A stretch of DNA of 32,620 bases from the NCBI GenBank assembly GCA_038230375.1, contig JBBRNJ010000091.1, positions 1-32,620 of the forward strand, in the 5' to 3' direction. The position numbers were made by a program, and so were the translations under genes. The notes beneath the pieces were generated by a model. The model was not told the origin of the DNA, ran no database searches, and worked only from the letters and a program-made list of their open reading frames with translations. Positions 17,111-25,444 of this stretch are shown here, in pieces; the first letter of the stretch is position 1, and each line of letters begins with the position of its first letter. This DNA comes from Polyangiales bacterium. Lineage in GTDB: Bacteria > Myxococcota_A > Polyangia > Polyangiales > Polyangiaceae.

Positions 17111-18361
17111 ATGCGTCGCGTGGCACTCCGCTCGTTCGTGCCGCTCGCCGTGCTCATCGTTGCTTCGTCGGCGGTGGCGTGCGGCCTGTCGTCGCTCGGT
17201 ACTGGCGTGGACCTGTACACCTCGGGCGAGGGAGGTGGTGGTCCCAGCGTCAGCGTCGAACCCGACGGGAGCACGAGCACCGTCGACGGCGCGGTGTCGT
17301 CGCAGCAGGACGGAGCGATCTCGGAGGGTGGCAGCAGCGGCGGCGATAGCGGCGCGCCGCCCGGCTTCCCGACGCACTTCGGCACGGAAGGCGGAGCACC
17401 TCCAACGGCGCCGAGCCTCAGCGCCATCTGCGCAATCAACACCGGCACGCCCAGCTACACCGTCTGCCTCTCGGACGGCGGCACCGCGTCCGTGACCACT
17501 GGCACCATCGGCGTCGTCAATGGCGTCGCCGTGCTCTGGGGACACGACATCTTGTTCGACTACGACGTGACCGTTGCGGGCACGCGCGCGCTCGCCATCA
17601 TCGCGAACGGTGACGTCGTCGTGCAGAAGCGCATCGAGGTGTCTGCGAAGGGAACCACGGCGGGTGCTGGCGCGTCGGCGACTGCGGGTCGCGGAACGAA
17701 GGCTGCCGCATCCACCTTTGGCGGCGGCGGCGGTGGATTCGCCACGGTCGGTGGCGACGGCTTTGGCCCCTCTGCCGGTGGCGCGATCTTCGGGATGGAT
17801 CCCGCTGTCTTTCAGGGGGGCGCGAGCGGCGGCGAGGGCGGCAGCTTCACGGCGTCGTGCGGGAACGCTGGCGGAGGTGGCGGCGCGCTGCAGATCTCCG
17901 CGCTCGGTACGATCACCATTCTCGGCACGCTCCGCGCGAACGGCGGTGGCGGCCAGGGCGGTTGCGGCGTCGCCTCGAACGGCGGCGGCGGCGGTGGCTC
18001 TGGCGGCGCCATCTTCCTCGAGGCGTTGAAGGGAGTCAGCATCCAGGGCTCACTTCACGCGAACGGTGCCGGTGGCGGCAGCGGCGGCTCGGGCAACGCG
18101 ATGGCGATCGGCAATCCTGGCGAGGATGGTCGCAACGACGACAAGGTCGCCGTCGGTGGCGCAGCGCTGGTCAGTGGCAACACGGAAGGCATTGGCGGAA
18201 ATGGCGGCATCGGCGCGACGGCGCCCACTGCAGGCCTGGACAACCCAAGCGGCGGGCGCTCCGGCGGTGGCGGCGGCGCGGTGGGCCGCGTGTTCATCCA
18301 CAAGCTGGGCGGAGCGATCACCATCAACGGCACGGCGAGCCCGACACCAGCGCAGTACTGA
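17111..18361 (+). CDS. Glycine-rich secreted lipoprotein
   Basis: Lipobox AVAC; repeated GGGGGALQI/GGGGSGGAIFLE/GGGGAVGRV units with ANGG turns. Confidence 0.8.
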   Translation: MRRVALRSFVPLAVLIVASSAVACGLSSLGTGVDLYTSGEGGGGPSVSVEPDGSTSTVDGAVSSQQDGAISEGGSSGGDSGAPPGFPTHFGTEGGAPPTAPSLSAICAINTGTPSYTVCLSDGGTASVTTGTIGVVNGVAVLWGHDILFDYDVTVAGTRALAIIANGDVVVQKRIEVSAKGTTAGAGASATAGRGTKAAASTFGGGGGGFATVGGDGFGPSAGGAIFGMDPAVFQGGASGGEGGSFTASCGNAGGGGGALQISALGTITILGTLRANGGGGQGGCGVASNGGGGGGSGGAIFLEALKGVSIQGSLHANGAGGGSGGSGNAMAIGNPGEDGRNDDKVAVGGAALVSGNTEGIGGNGGIGATAPTAGLDNPSGGRSGGGGGAVGRVFIHKLGGAITINGTASPTPAQY

Positions 18362-18401
18362 GGTCGAATTCGAACGCGCGAAACCGCGCGACGAGCGGTC
18401 A

Positions 18402-18896
18402 CTACCAGCGGTGATACGCCGGGTGATCGGGCTTCACCGCGACGAAGAGGCCCGTGCCCACCGCCGTCACCTTGCCAGCGGCCGTGACCGTTGCCTCGAT
18501 GTTCGCGCGATCTTCCGTGGAGGAGACGATCCACGATTCGATGCGCACGGGACCCAGCGGCGTGGGCCGCTTGAGCGCGACCTTGAACTCGGCGGTCACG
18601 CAGCACGGCGCCTTGTCGAGCCCGTTCTTGTTCATCAGATGATGGATCGTGGTCCAGTTCATGTGGCAGTCGAGGAGCGCGCCGAGGATGCCGCCGTTGA
18701 GGACGTTCTCGAACGCCTGATGATGCTTCTCCGGCGTCCAGTCGCACACGAGCTTCGCGGCGGCGGCGTCCTCCGCGTCCACGAGCAGCGGGAAGCTGCG
18801 GATGCGTAGGCCTTTGTCGTTCGCGGGGCCGCAGCCGAAGCAGATGCCGTTGGGTGCGTGATGCTCCTGGAGAGACTTGGTGCTCGACGTGGTCAT
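18402..18896 (-). CDS. PaaI-family (hotdog-fold) thioesterase
   Basis: CFGCGPAN..GL, HQAFENVLNGGILGALLDCH, VTAEF.V.LKRPTP; AGGAG SD. Confidence 0.9.
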   Translation of the reverse strand: MTTSSTKSLQEHHAPNGICFGCGPANDKGLRIRSFPLLVDAEDAAAAKLVCDWTPEKHHQAFENVLNGGILGALLDCHMNWTTIHHLMNKNGLDKAPCCVTAEFKVALKRPTPLGPVRIESWIVSSTEDRANIEATVTAAGKVTAVGTGLFVAVKPDHPAYHRW

Positions 18897-18920
18897 GGCT
18901 CCTGATTTACAGCATACCCC

Positions 18921-19844
18921 ATGCGCGCGGACACCTTCACGTTCGAGGCAGACGACGGCAAGGCGCTGTTCGTTCGCCGCTGGCTCCCGGAAGAGGGCGT
19001 GACTCCCGTGGCCGTCGTGCACATCGCGCACGGCATGGCGGAGCACAGCGCGCGATACGCTCGCGTGGCGGAGGCGCTCACGCAGAAGGGATATGCCGTC
19101 TACGCCAACGATCACCGCGGGCACGGAAAAACAGCCGTGGAAGGGGAGCTCGGCTGGATCGGGCCTGATGGCTTCCGCCGCCTCGTCACGGATCTCCACG
19201 AGCTCACGGACGACGAGAAGGCAAAGCACAAGGGGCTGCCGCTTTTCCTCTTCGGACACAGCATGGGATCGTTCTTGACGCAGGCCTTCATGATCGCGCA
19301 CGGGGCGTCGCTGCGTGGCGCGATCCTTTCGGCGTCCTCCGGCAAGCCCAGCCTGCTTGCCACTGCCGGGCGTCTGGTGGCGCGGGCCGAGCGCGCGCGG
19401 AAGGGCGCACGCAAGCCGAGCACGCTGCTCACGAAGCTGAGCTTCGATGCGTTCAACAAGGCGTTTGCGCCCACGCGAACGGCCTTCGACTGGCTCTCAC
19501 GCGATCCCGCCGAGGTCGACAAGTACATTGCCGATCCGCTGTGTGGCTTTCCCGTGAGCACACAGCTCTGGGTCGACCTGCTCGACGGCACCGCAGACAT
19601 CGCGCGACCCGAGCGCCAGGCCAAGGTGCCGAGTGAGTTGCCGGTGCTGATCTTCGCGGGTACGCGCGATCCGGTGGGTGAGAACACGAAGAGTCTCGAC
19701 CAGCTGCTGGGCGCCTACACACGCGCCGGCGTGCGCGACGTCACGCACCGCTACTACGAGGATGGTCGGCACGAGATGCTGAACGAGACGAACCGCGACG
19801 AGGTGACGCAGGACCTGATCGCGTGGCTCGACGCTCACCGCTGA
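18921..19844 (+). CDS. Alpha/beta hydrolase (lysophospholipase/monoglyceride lipase family)
   Basis: HGMAEHSARY, DHRGHG, GHSMGS nucleophile elbow, WLSRD, GTRDPV, GRHEMLNE. Confidence 0.93.
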   Translation: MRADTFTFEADDGKALFVRRWLPEEGVTPVAVVHIAHGMAEHSARYARVAEALTQKGYAVYANDHRGHGKTAVEGELGWIGPDGFRRLVTDLHELTDDEKAKHKGLPLFLFGHSMGSFLTQAFMIAHGASLRGAILSASSGKPSLLATAGRLVARAERARKGARKPSTLLTKLSFDAFNKAFAPTRTAFDWLSRDPAEVDKYIADPLCGFPVSTQLWVDLLDGTADIARPERQAKVPSELPVLIFAGTRDPVGENTKSLDQLLGAYTRAGVRDVTHRYYEDGRHEMLNETNRDEVTQDLIAWLDAHR

Positions 19845-20739
19845 GCACACCCGACGGCGTCGCTCGCGACCAGTCGTCAGAGATGAGGAGCACGCTCACC
19901 CACGTGCGAAACGGTCGCCACGACTCGGCGATCGCGAGCACCTCCGTCGTCGTTGCCGCGCGACCCAGCTCGTACGCGTGGCCGACAGCGGCGTGAAGGC
20001 GCGGCTCCGTGACCGGGAGCACGTCGGTCGGACCAGCCCCGCGAATGAGCGTGCCGTCCGCGGTCCACGCGCCCACGCCGCGCAGCTCCGTGAGCCGCTC
20101 ATGCGCCACCTCGTACGGAACCGAGAGCAGCTTCTCTGCCTCCAGCTCACCGCGCAGCGCGGCCTCTGCGACGCCGCGAAGCCGCGCCCACTTCTCCGCT
20201 GCGATCCCCGGAAACTCCTTCGCAGAGAGGATGCTCTCCGGCCGCGGGAACGAGGCCACGCGCTCGCCGTCGATCTCGATGACGTCACCAAACTTCTCGG
20301 CCATGCGCACCTGGAGCTTCGCGGCCATCGACATGCGGAGCCGCTGCGACAGGATGCACCATCCCGCCATCACATACGGCGAGTACGCAACGACGGGGCG
20401 AAAACCAGGGCGCCGCGCAGCTGCTCTCGCGAGCGCCTGATCGCCGCTGAGGATCTTCTGGAACGGGCGCGCGTCGTGGTCGATGCACAGCGCGCGTGCG
20501 AGCTGCTGCTTCACGACCTCGGGCCTGCTCGCGCCGAAGAACGCGACGTCCACGCTCTCGTCGTTCTGCGCCTCGAGCCTGGCGCCGACGATCTCGAAGG
20601 TGCCGTCCGCCGGGAATGCGAGCCTCACGGCGCCATCTGCCGAACACGAGCGCGTGCCTAGCAGGAAGCCGCAGCCCATCTTGCGAACGGGGTCGAGTGA
20701 GAATGGGCCCTGGGGAGTGAACTTGGTCCGGGTGATCAT
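19741..20739 (-). CDS. Second AlkA-like DNA-3-methyladenine glycosylase (HhH-GPD) lacking the Ada domain
   Basis: ILSQR, FPRPE, LRGVGAWTA..IRGAGPTDVLP..E, AESWRPFRTW. Confidence 0.88.
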   Translation of the reverse strand: MITRTKFTPQGPFSLDPVRKMGCGFLLGTRSCSADGAVRLAFPADGTFEIVGARLEAQNDESVDVAFFGASRPEVVKQQLARALCIDHDARPFQKILSGDQALARAAARRPGFRPVVAYSPYVMAGWCILSQRLRMSMAAKLQVRMAEKFGDVIEIDGERVASFPRPESILSAKEFPGIAAEKWARLRGVAEAALRGELEAEKLLSVPYEVAHERLTELRGVGAWTADGTLIRGAGPTDVLPVTEPRLHAAVGHAYELGRAATTTEVLAIAESWRPFRTWVSVLLISDDWSRATPSGVLSGERRATRSGPASPRRGSSRSASRADHPRSSGA

Positions 20740-20745
20740 TCCTCC

Positions 20746-20778
20746 ATCGTGCACGAACGTCGTGACAGCATAATGTCA
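20746..20778 (-). promoter_or_regulatory. TGACA-N6-TGTCA palindrome and -10-like hexamer upstream of the second alkA
   Basis: TGACA gcataa TGTCA at 20763-20778; minus strand TGTCAC-N10-CACGAT-N6-ATG. Confidence 0.55.
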
Positions 20779-20822
20779 GTTAATGCCGGAGGTCCGCTCG
20801 ACGCGACCCTGAGCGTGCTGGT

Positions 20823-22556
20823 ATGAAGCAGCGCATGGGGAATCGATATGTCCTGCCGGTGGGCTTGGTGGTGCTCGCGGCGTTCGCGGCATGTAGCAGC
20901 AGCAGTAACAACGGCGGTGGTGTCACGGACGGTGGCGTCGACGAGGCGGGTGCGGTCGCCGACAGTGGTGCAGCCGATGGCGGCGAGGTGATCGCGGAGA
21001 CCTGCACTGTGGGTGCTCCTGGCGACACGCTCTCGGTGGCGACGACGCGCGGTCTGGTTCGCGGACAGGCGGCCGGCTCCGCGGTCTCGTTCCTGGGCAT
21101 CCCGTATGCTTCGTCACCGACAGGTGCGCGGCGCTTCCAGCCGCCGGTCAAGAAGGCGTGCTGGTCCGACGTGAAGGCAGCGTCCGCATTCGGAAGCAGC
21201 TGCCCTCAGCCAGAAGTGAACGGCGGGAAGCTCATCGGCGCGGAGGACTGCCTGTTCCTCAATGTGTGGACGCCCGCGCTCCCCACGGCAGGAGCGTCCG
21301 GCACGCGGCCGGTGCTGTTCTGGATCCACGGCGGCAGTCAGCTCATCGGCGCCGGCAACTTCTCGAACCCCGGCGCGGGCCCCACGAACGCCTACGACGG
21401 TCAGGCGATCGCGACCGCGCAGAACGCCGTCGTGGTCACCGTGAACTACCGCCTTGGCGCCCTCGGCTTCCTTGCTCACCCCGCGCTGGACGCGGAGAGC
21501 CCGAACAAGGTCAGTGGTAACTACGGCCTGCTCGATCAGATCGCCGGCCTCACGTGGGTGAAGGACAACATCTCGAAGTTTGGTGGCGATCCCGCGAAGG
21601 TCATGGTGTTCGGTGAATCGGCGGGCGCGTGGAACACGTGCGCGCTCGTCGCATCACCGCTCGCGAAGGGCTTGTTTTCCGCTGCGGCGATGGAGAGCGG
21701 CGTCTGCGTCGACCCCACGCTGAAATCGCGCGAGACCAAGGGCGCGACCATCGCGACCGCGCTCAAATGCGACACGGCAAAGGACGTGGCGGCCTGTCTC
21801 CGCAGCGCGAGCGTCGCGGACATGGTCGCGCAGGGACCGTTCGGGCTCAACGCCCCGCCGACGAAGATCGACTTCGCGCACCTCTACGATCTCGACTTCG
21901 GACCCAACGTGGATGGATGGGCGCTCCTGGACTCGCCTATCGCCGCCATCAAGAAGGGCACGCACAACAAGGTGCCGCTGCTCATCGGGACGAACGCGAA
22001 CGAGTACGATCTCTTCCAGATCACAACCAGCGTCCCCAGCTGCGCGGTCGCCTCGAGCGCGCTCTCGGCCTCGTTCGAGCCCGCGGTCGTGACCAAGCTG
22101 AACACGCTGTACCCATGTACGCTCGACGGCGAGGCAAAGCACGTCCTCTCCGATATCGTCACCGACCTGCTTTTCACCTGTCCGGCCCGTCGCGCATCGC
22201 GCGCCATGGTCGCGCAGGGCACGCCGGTGTATCGCTACTTCTTCACGCACACGCGCGAGCTCGACCTGTTCGCATCGCTCCGCGCGTACCACTCGGCGGA
22301 GATCCCGTTCGTCTTCCACACGCTCGGCCGCGCGAACGACGAGGCCTCTGCGGGCGAGCTCGGGCTCGCAGATGCGATGTCTGGCTACTGGGCGCGCTTC
22401 GCCGGAGCAGGCGATCCCGGCGGCGGAACCGCGCCGGCCTGGGAAAAATACGACGCCGCGCGCGACAACGCGATCGTCCTCGAGGACACCATCAGCGCGA
22501 TGGACGGCGTGCACACGACGAACTGCGACTACTGGGACACGCTCGCGGTGGAGTGA
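20823..22556 (+). CDS. Type-B carboxylesterase/lipase, lipoprotein (start may be ATG 20835)
   Basis: FLGIPYA, EDCLFLNVW, WIHGG, NYRLG, FGESAG, GTNANE, AYHSAEI; lipobox FAAC. Confidence 0.95.
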   Translation: MKQRMGNRYVLPVGLVVLAAFAACSSSSNNGGGVTDGGVDEAGAVADSGAADGGEVIAETCTVGAPGDTLSVATTRGLVRGQAAGSAVSFLGIPYASSPTGARRFQPPVKKACWSDVKAASAFGSSCPQPEVNGGKLIGAEDCLFLNVWTPALPTAGASGTRPVLFWIHGGSQLIGAGNFSNPGAGPTNAYDGQAIATAQNAVVVTVNYRLGALGFLAHPALDAESPNKVSGNYGLLDQIAGLTWVKDNISKFGGDPAKVMVFGESAGAWNTCALVASPLAKGLFSAAAMESGVCVDPTLKSRETKGATIATALKCDTAKDVAACLRSASVADMVAQGPFGLNAPPTKIDFAHLYDLDFGPNVDGWALLDSPIAAIKKGTHNKVPLLIGTNANEYDLFQITTSVPSCAVASSALSASFEPAVVTKLNTLYPCTLDGEAKHVLSDIVTDLLFTCPARRASRAMVAQGTPVYRYFFTHTRELDLFASLRAYHSAEIPFVFHTLGRANDEASAGELGLADAMSGYWARFAGAGDPGGGTAPAWEKYDAARDNAIVLEDTISAMDGVHTTNCDYWDTLAVE

Positions 22557-23305
22557 ACCGGCGGCGCTGCGGTTCCGGCGTCCCAGCCGAGCGACGCGCA
22601 CACCTCGCGCACTGCGTCGGTGAGCCCCGGGGACGCGTAGGCCGCGACCTCGTGCGGGCCGCTGCGGGTCTCTGCCACGGGGCCGATGGTCCCCGTCGGT
22701 GCGGCGGGCCACGGCACGCGAGCGTTTCGCGAGTAGCGATAGGCAACTAGCGCCGTCGCCGCAGAGCGCGCAGTGATGGCATCCAGCGCTGGCGCGAATG
22801 CGGCCCACGTCTCCGGCGAGAGAGAGAAGGGGTCTACATGAACAAGGAGCGCACCGCCCGCCGGGATGGCCGTAGCGCGGTCGACCGCGGCGGCGTCGTC
22901 GACCACCAGTACGTTCGTGAGGTTCTCCGCGGCGAGCTGGGACGAGAGGACCGCGCGGCTCGCAGCGTTCGCTTCGCCAAGCACCGCGCACCCGCGCCGC
23001 TCGCCGAGCGCGTCGAGCACCAGGCCGGAAGAGCAACGATACTGGCCAGTGCGAGCGAGCGATGCGCGCTCGAGCGATGCGTAGCTCGCATAGGTGGGGT
23101 GCCGAGCCTCGAGCATCTCGACCTTGCGCCTCCAGCGCGCGCGGTCAGGCAGCGGCGCGTGAAGCTGGAAGGTGTGCGTGTCCACGAAGCTCACCAGAAA
23201 CGGTGAGCGCGCGAGCAGCGACGCAAGCTGCACGAGCGCGGCGTGCTTGATGATGTCGCCGACGTTGCCGACGTTGCCAAGCTGCCGATTTTGCGTTCGC
23301 GCCAT
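22529..23305 (-). CDS. Divergent RlmJ-like (m6A methyltransferase-fold) protein
   Basis: GNVGDIIKH, FVDTH, Y.CS and HVDPF follow the order of RlmJ GNHADVLKH, YLDTH, YPGS and IDPPY. Confidence 0.6.
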   Translation of the reverse strand: MARTQNRQLGNVGNVGDIIKHAALVQLASLLARSPFLVSFVDTHTFQLHAPLPDRARWRRKVEMLEARHPTYASYASLERASLARTGQYRCSSGLVLDALGERRGCAVLGEANAASRAVLSSQLAAENLTNVLVVDDAAAVDRATAIPAGGALLVHVDPFSLSPETWAAFAPALDAITARSAATALVAYRYSRNARVPWPAAPTGTIGPVAETRSGPHEVAAYASPGLTDAVREVCASLGWDAGTAAPPVHSTASVSQ

Positions 23306-23348
23306 GCCGCAACGTAGCACCAGCTCGGATCCGTGCGACACTCGCGCG

Positions 23349-24272
23349 ATGCGAGCGACCGTCACAGGTGGCACCGGGCTCATCGGAAAGCAGCTCTGCA
23401 GGCGACTCGAGAACCCCGTCATTCTCTCGCGTGATCCGGAGCGTGCGCGGGGAACGCTGCGCGACGTCGGCGAGATCACCGCGCTCCCGTGGGCGGACGA
23501 CAAGGTATTCCCTCCACATGCGCTCGACGACGTGGACGTCGTGTTCCACCTTGCGGGGGAGGCCGTGGCGGGGAGTCGGCTGACCGACGAGCGAAGGCAC
23601 GCGGTGAAGGAGAGCCGGGTGCGCGGCACGCGAAACGTGATTGCATCTCTCGCTGCGGTTCCGGCGTCTGCACGCCCAAAGGTCCTGGTCGCCGCGTCCG
23701 CCACGGGCTTCTACGGCAACCGCGGCGACGAGCTGCTCGAGGAGACTGCCGCGCGCGGCGACGATTTTCTTTCGGATGTATGCTCGGCGTGGGAGGAGGA
23801 GGCCGCGAAGGCAGAGGCGCTGGGCGTGCGTGTGGTGTCGGCGCGCATCGGCATCGTGCTCGACCCGGCGGGCGGCGCGCTCAAGACGATGGCCCCCGCG
23901 TTCAAGGCAGGGATCGCGGGCCGCCTTGGCGATGGGCGCCAGTGGATGCCGTGGATCCATATGGCAGACGTGGTCGGAATCCTCATGTTCCTTGCAACGA
24001 ACGAGCAGTGCCGCGGTGCGTTCAACGTCACCGCTCCCGGGGTGGTCACAAATGCCGACTTCACGCGAACGTACGCGCGGGTCCTCTCGCGCCCCGCGTT
24101 CATTCCCGTGCCGCGCTTCGCGCTCAAGCTGCTCTTCGGCGATCTCGCGGACTCGGTGCTTGCCTCGCAGCGGGCCGTCGCCACGAAGGTGAAGAGTGCA
24201 GGATACACGTTCTTGTTCCCCGAGCTGGACGGCGCGCTGAGAGCGCTCGGCACCTCACCGCCGGCTCAGTAG
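23349..24272 (+). CDS. TIGR01777/YfcH-family NAD-dependent epimerase-like oxidoreductase
   Basis: TGGTGLIG, HLAGE, SRVRGT, SATGFYG, FLSDVCSAWE, RIGIVL, GRQWMPWIH, SQRA. Confidence 0.93.
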   Translation: MRATVTGGTGLIGKQLCRRLENPVILSRDPERARGTLRDVGEITALPWADDKVFPPHALDDVDVVFHLAGEAVAGSRLTDERRHAVKESRVRGTRNVIASLAAVPASARPKVLVAASATGFYGNRGDELLEETAARGDDFLSDVCSAWEEEAAKAEALGVRVVSARIGIVLDPAGGALKTMAPAFKAGIAGRLGDGRQWMPWIHMADVVGILMFLATNEQCRGAFNVTAPGVVTNADFTRTYARVLSRPAFIPVPRFALKLLFGDLADSVLASQRAVATKVKSAGYTFLFPELDGALRALGTSPPAQ

Positions 24273-25243
24273 CGCGGCACCGGCGCAGTGCTCATGGGCC
24301 CAAGGGGGCGCGCGTCGGCGCTGGGGATCCGCTCGCGCTCGTAGAAGTAGAACCAGCTACGGTCCCGCTCATCACCGGCGCTCACCTCGAGGCCCGCGCT
24401 GCCCTTCACGGGCTCCTCCGGGAGGGCGACCACGACCAGCGCGGGCGCGTGCGGCGGCTTCCTTACGATGACGGCGGTCTCCGTCTGGTGGACGACATCG
24501 CCGCCCATGCTGATGCCTAGACCTCTGACCTCGAGCGTCTCCGCGCCCTCCACCTCTATCTCGGCGACGAGGAGTCGTCCGCGCTGCGGATCGTCGACCT
24601 TCCACCACCGCACGACGTGGATCGAACGCTCGAGCGCCGCGCGACCTTCCGCGTGGGCGCGCCACTGCAGTGTCTGGTGGGATATCTCCCATGGGAACTT
24701 GAGGAGTACGCCTGCCTCGCCGAAGAGAGGACCGTAGCTGGCTGCGGGCAAGACACCGACGCGACCATAGAGTGCTACCGCGCCAAGAGTGAGGACGGGG
24801 CGCACGACCAAGCCGAAGAGCGCCTTGCCTCCACCCGCCTCCACGAGCGCTCCCGCGTCGAGCCCGAAGACCCCATAGCCGATCTCCGGGCCGATACTCA
24901 TACGCGTGCGCTTCGCGGAGAAGTCGTAGACCGCGTCCGCATAGGCCCCGTACCACCAGGCTTTGAGTGTACGCCGCTTGGCCTCCGCAAGCGCCAGGCT
25001 CGCTTCCCCGCCAAGCAGGAATCCGGGCCCGCCGGGATGAAAGGTCGCGCCCGCGTTGGCACCGACGAGCCCCCACGGCTGCATGTCGTAAGGGGAAGGA
25101 GGACCAGCAGCAAGCGCATCGCGCGACGCGAATACGTGTAGAACGCAAGCAATCAAGGCCGCGCGAAAAGCCGGTGTCACGCCCGCAAGCATACCAAGCA
25201 GCGCGCCCCAGCGGGGTCTTCGCGGGGCGCGCTCGTTCGACAT
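24266..25243 (-). CDS. Hypothetical exported protein with an amphipathic beta-strand (possible outer-membrane barrel) region and a C-terminal soluble domain
   Basis: Signal-like N-terminus ending ALA-A; alternating beta strands GFLLGGEASL, WYGAYADAVYDF, SIGPEIGYGVFGLDAG, FGEAGVLLKF; starts 12 nt after the Cys-rich ORF. Confidence 0.65.
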   Translation of the reverse strand: MSNERAPRRPRWGALLGMLAGVTPAFRAALIACVLHVFASRDALAAGPPSPYDMQPWGLVGANAGATFHPGGPGFLLGGEASLALAEAKRRTLKAWWYGAYADAVYDFSAKRTRMSIGPEIGYGVFGLDAGALVEAGGGKALFGLVVRPVLTLGAVALYGRVGVLPAASYGPLFGEAGVLLKFPWEISHQTLQWRAHAEGRAALERSIHVVRWWKVDDPQRGRLLVAEIEVEGAETLEVRGLGISMGGDVVHQTETAVIVRKPPHAPALVVVALPEEPVKGSAGLEVSAGDERDRSWFYFYERERIPSADARPLGPMSTAPVPRY

Positions 25244-25255
25244 GAGATCAGCGGA

Positions 25256-25417
25256 TCAGGCTGCGGTGCTGCAGCAGCCGCACCCGTTGCAGCCGCATGG
25301 CTTCTCGCATCCGCAGACCGGCGCGCATTTGCATCCGCCCGTTGCCTGGGGGCCGCACGCGCAGGCCTTGTTGTTGCACTTCGAGCATCGACAGTCGGAG
25401 TTCGCATTCGTGGACAT
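25256..25417 (-). CDS. Metallothionein-like small Cys-rich protein (53 aa, 14 Cys); not in the ORF track
   Basis: Manual translation MSTNANSDCRCSKCNNKACACGPQATGGCKCAPVCGCEKPCGCNGCGCCSTAA*; purine-rich GGAAAGAGAA 6 nt before ATG; 27 nt downstream of the sigma-factor stop. Confidence 0.85.
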   Translation of the reverse strand: MSTNANSDCRCSKCNNKACACGPQATGGCKCAPVCGCEKPCGCNGCGCCSTAA

Positions 25418-25444
25418 GGTGCATTCTCTTTCCGAGCACTGGGC

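Noticed and set aside
16903..17448. N-terminal extension of the 16177..17448 ORF through the hexamer array
   Set aside because: A lipoprotein signal starts at 16902 with a sigma54 motif just upstream; the extension is antisense to the Gly-rich gene
25256..25417. Cys-rich peptide as a RiPP (ranthipeptide/sactipeptide) precursor or a ferredoxin
   Set aside because: No radical SAM, YcaO, peptidase or transporter gene nearby, no leader-like region, and no CxxCxxC ferredoxin motif. The metal-sensing sigma context fits a metallothionein better.
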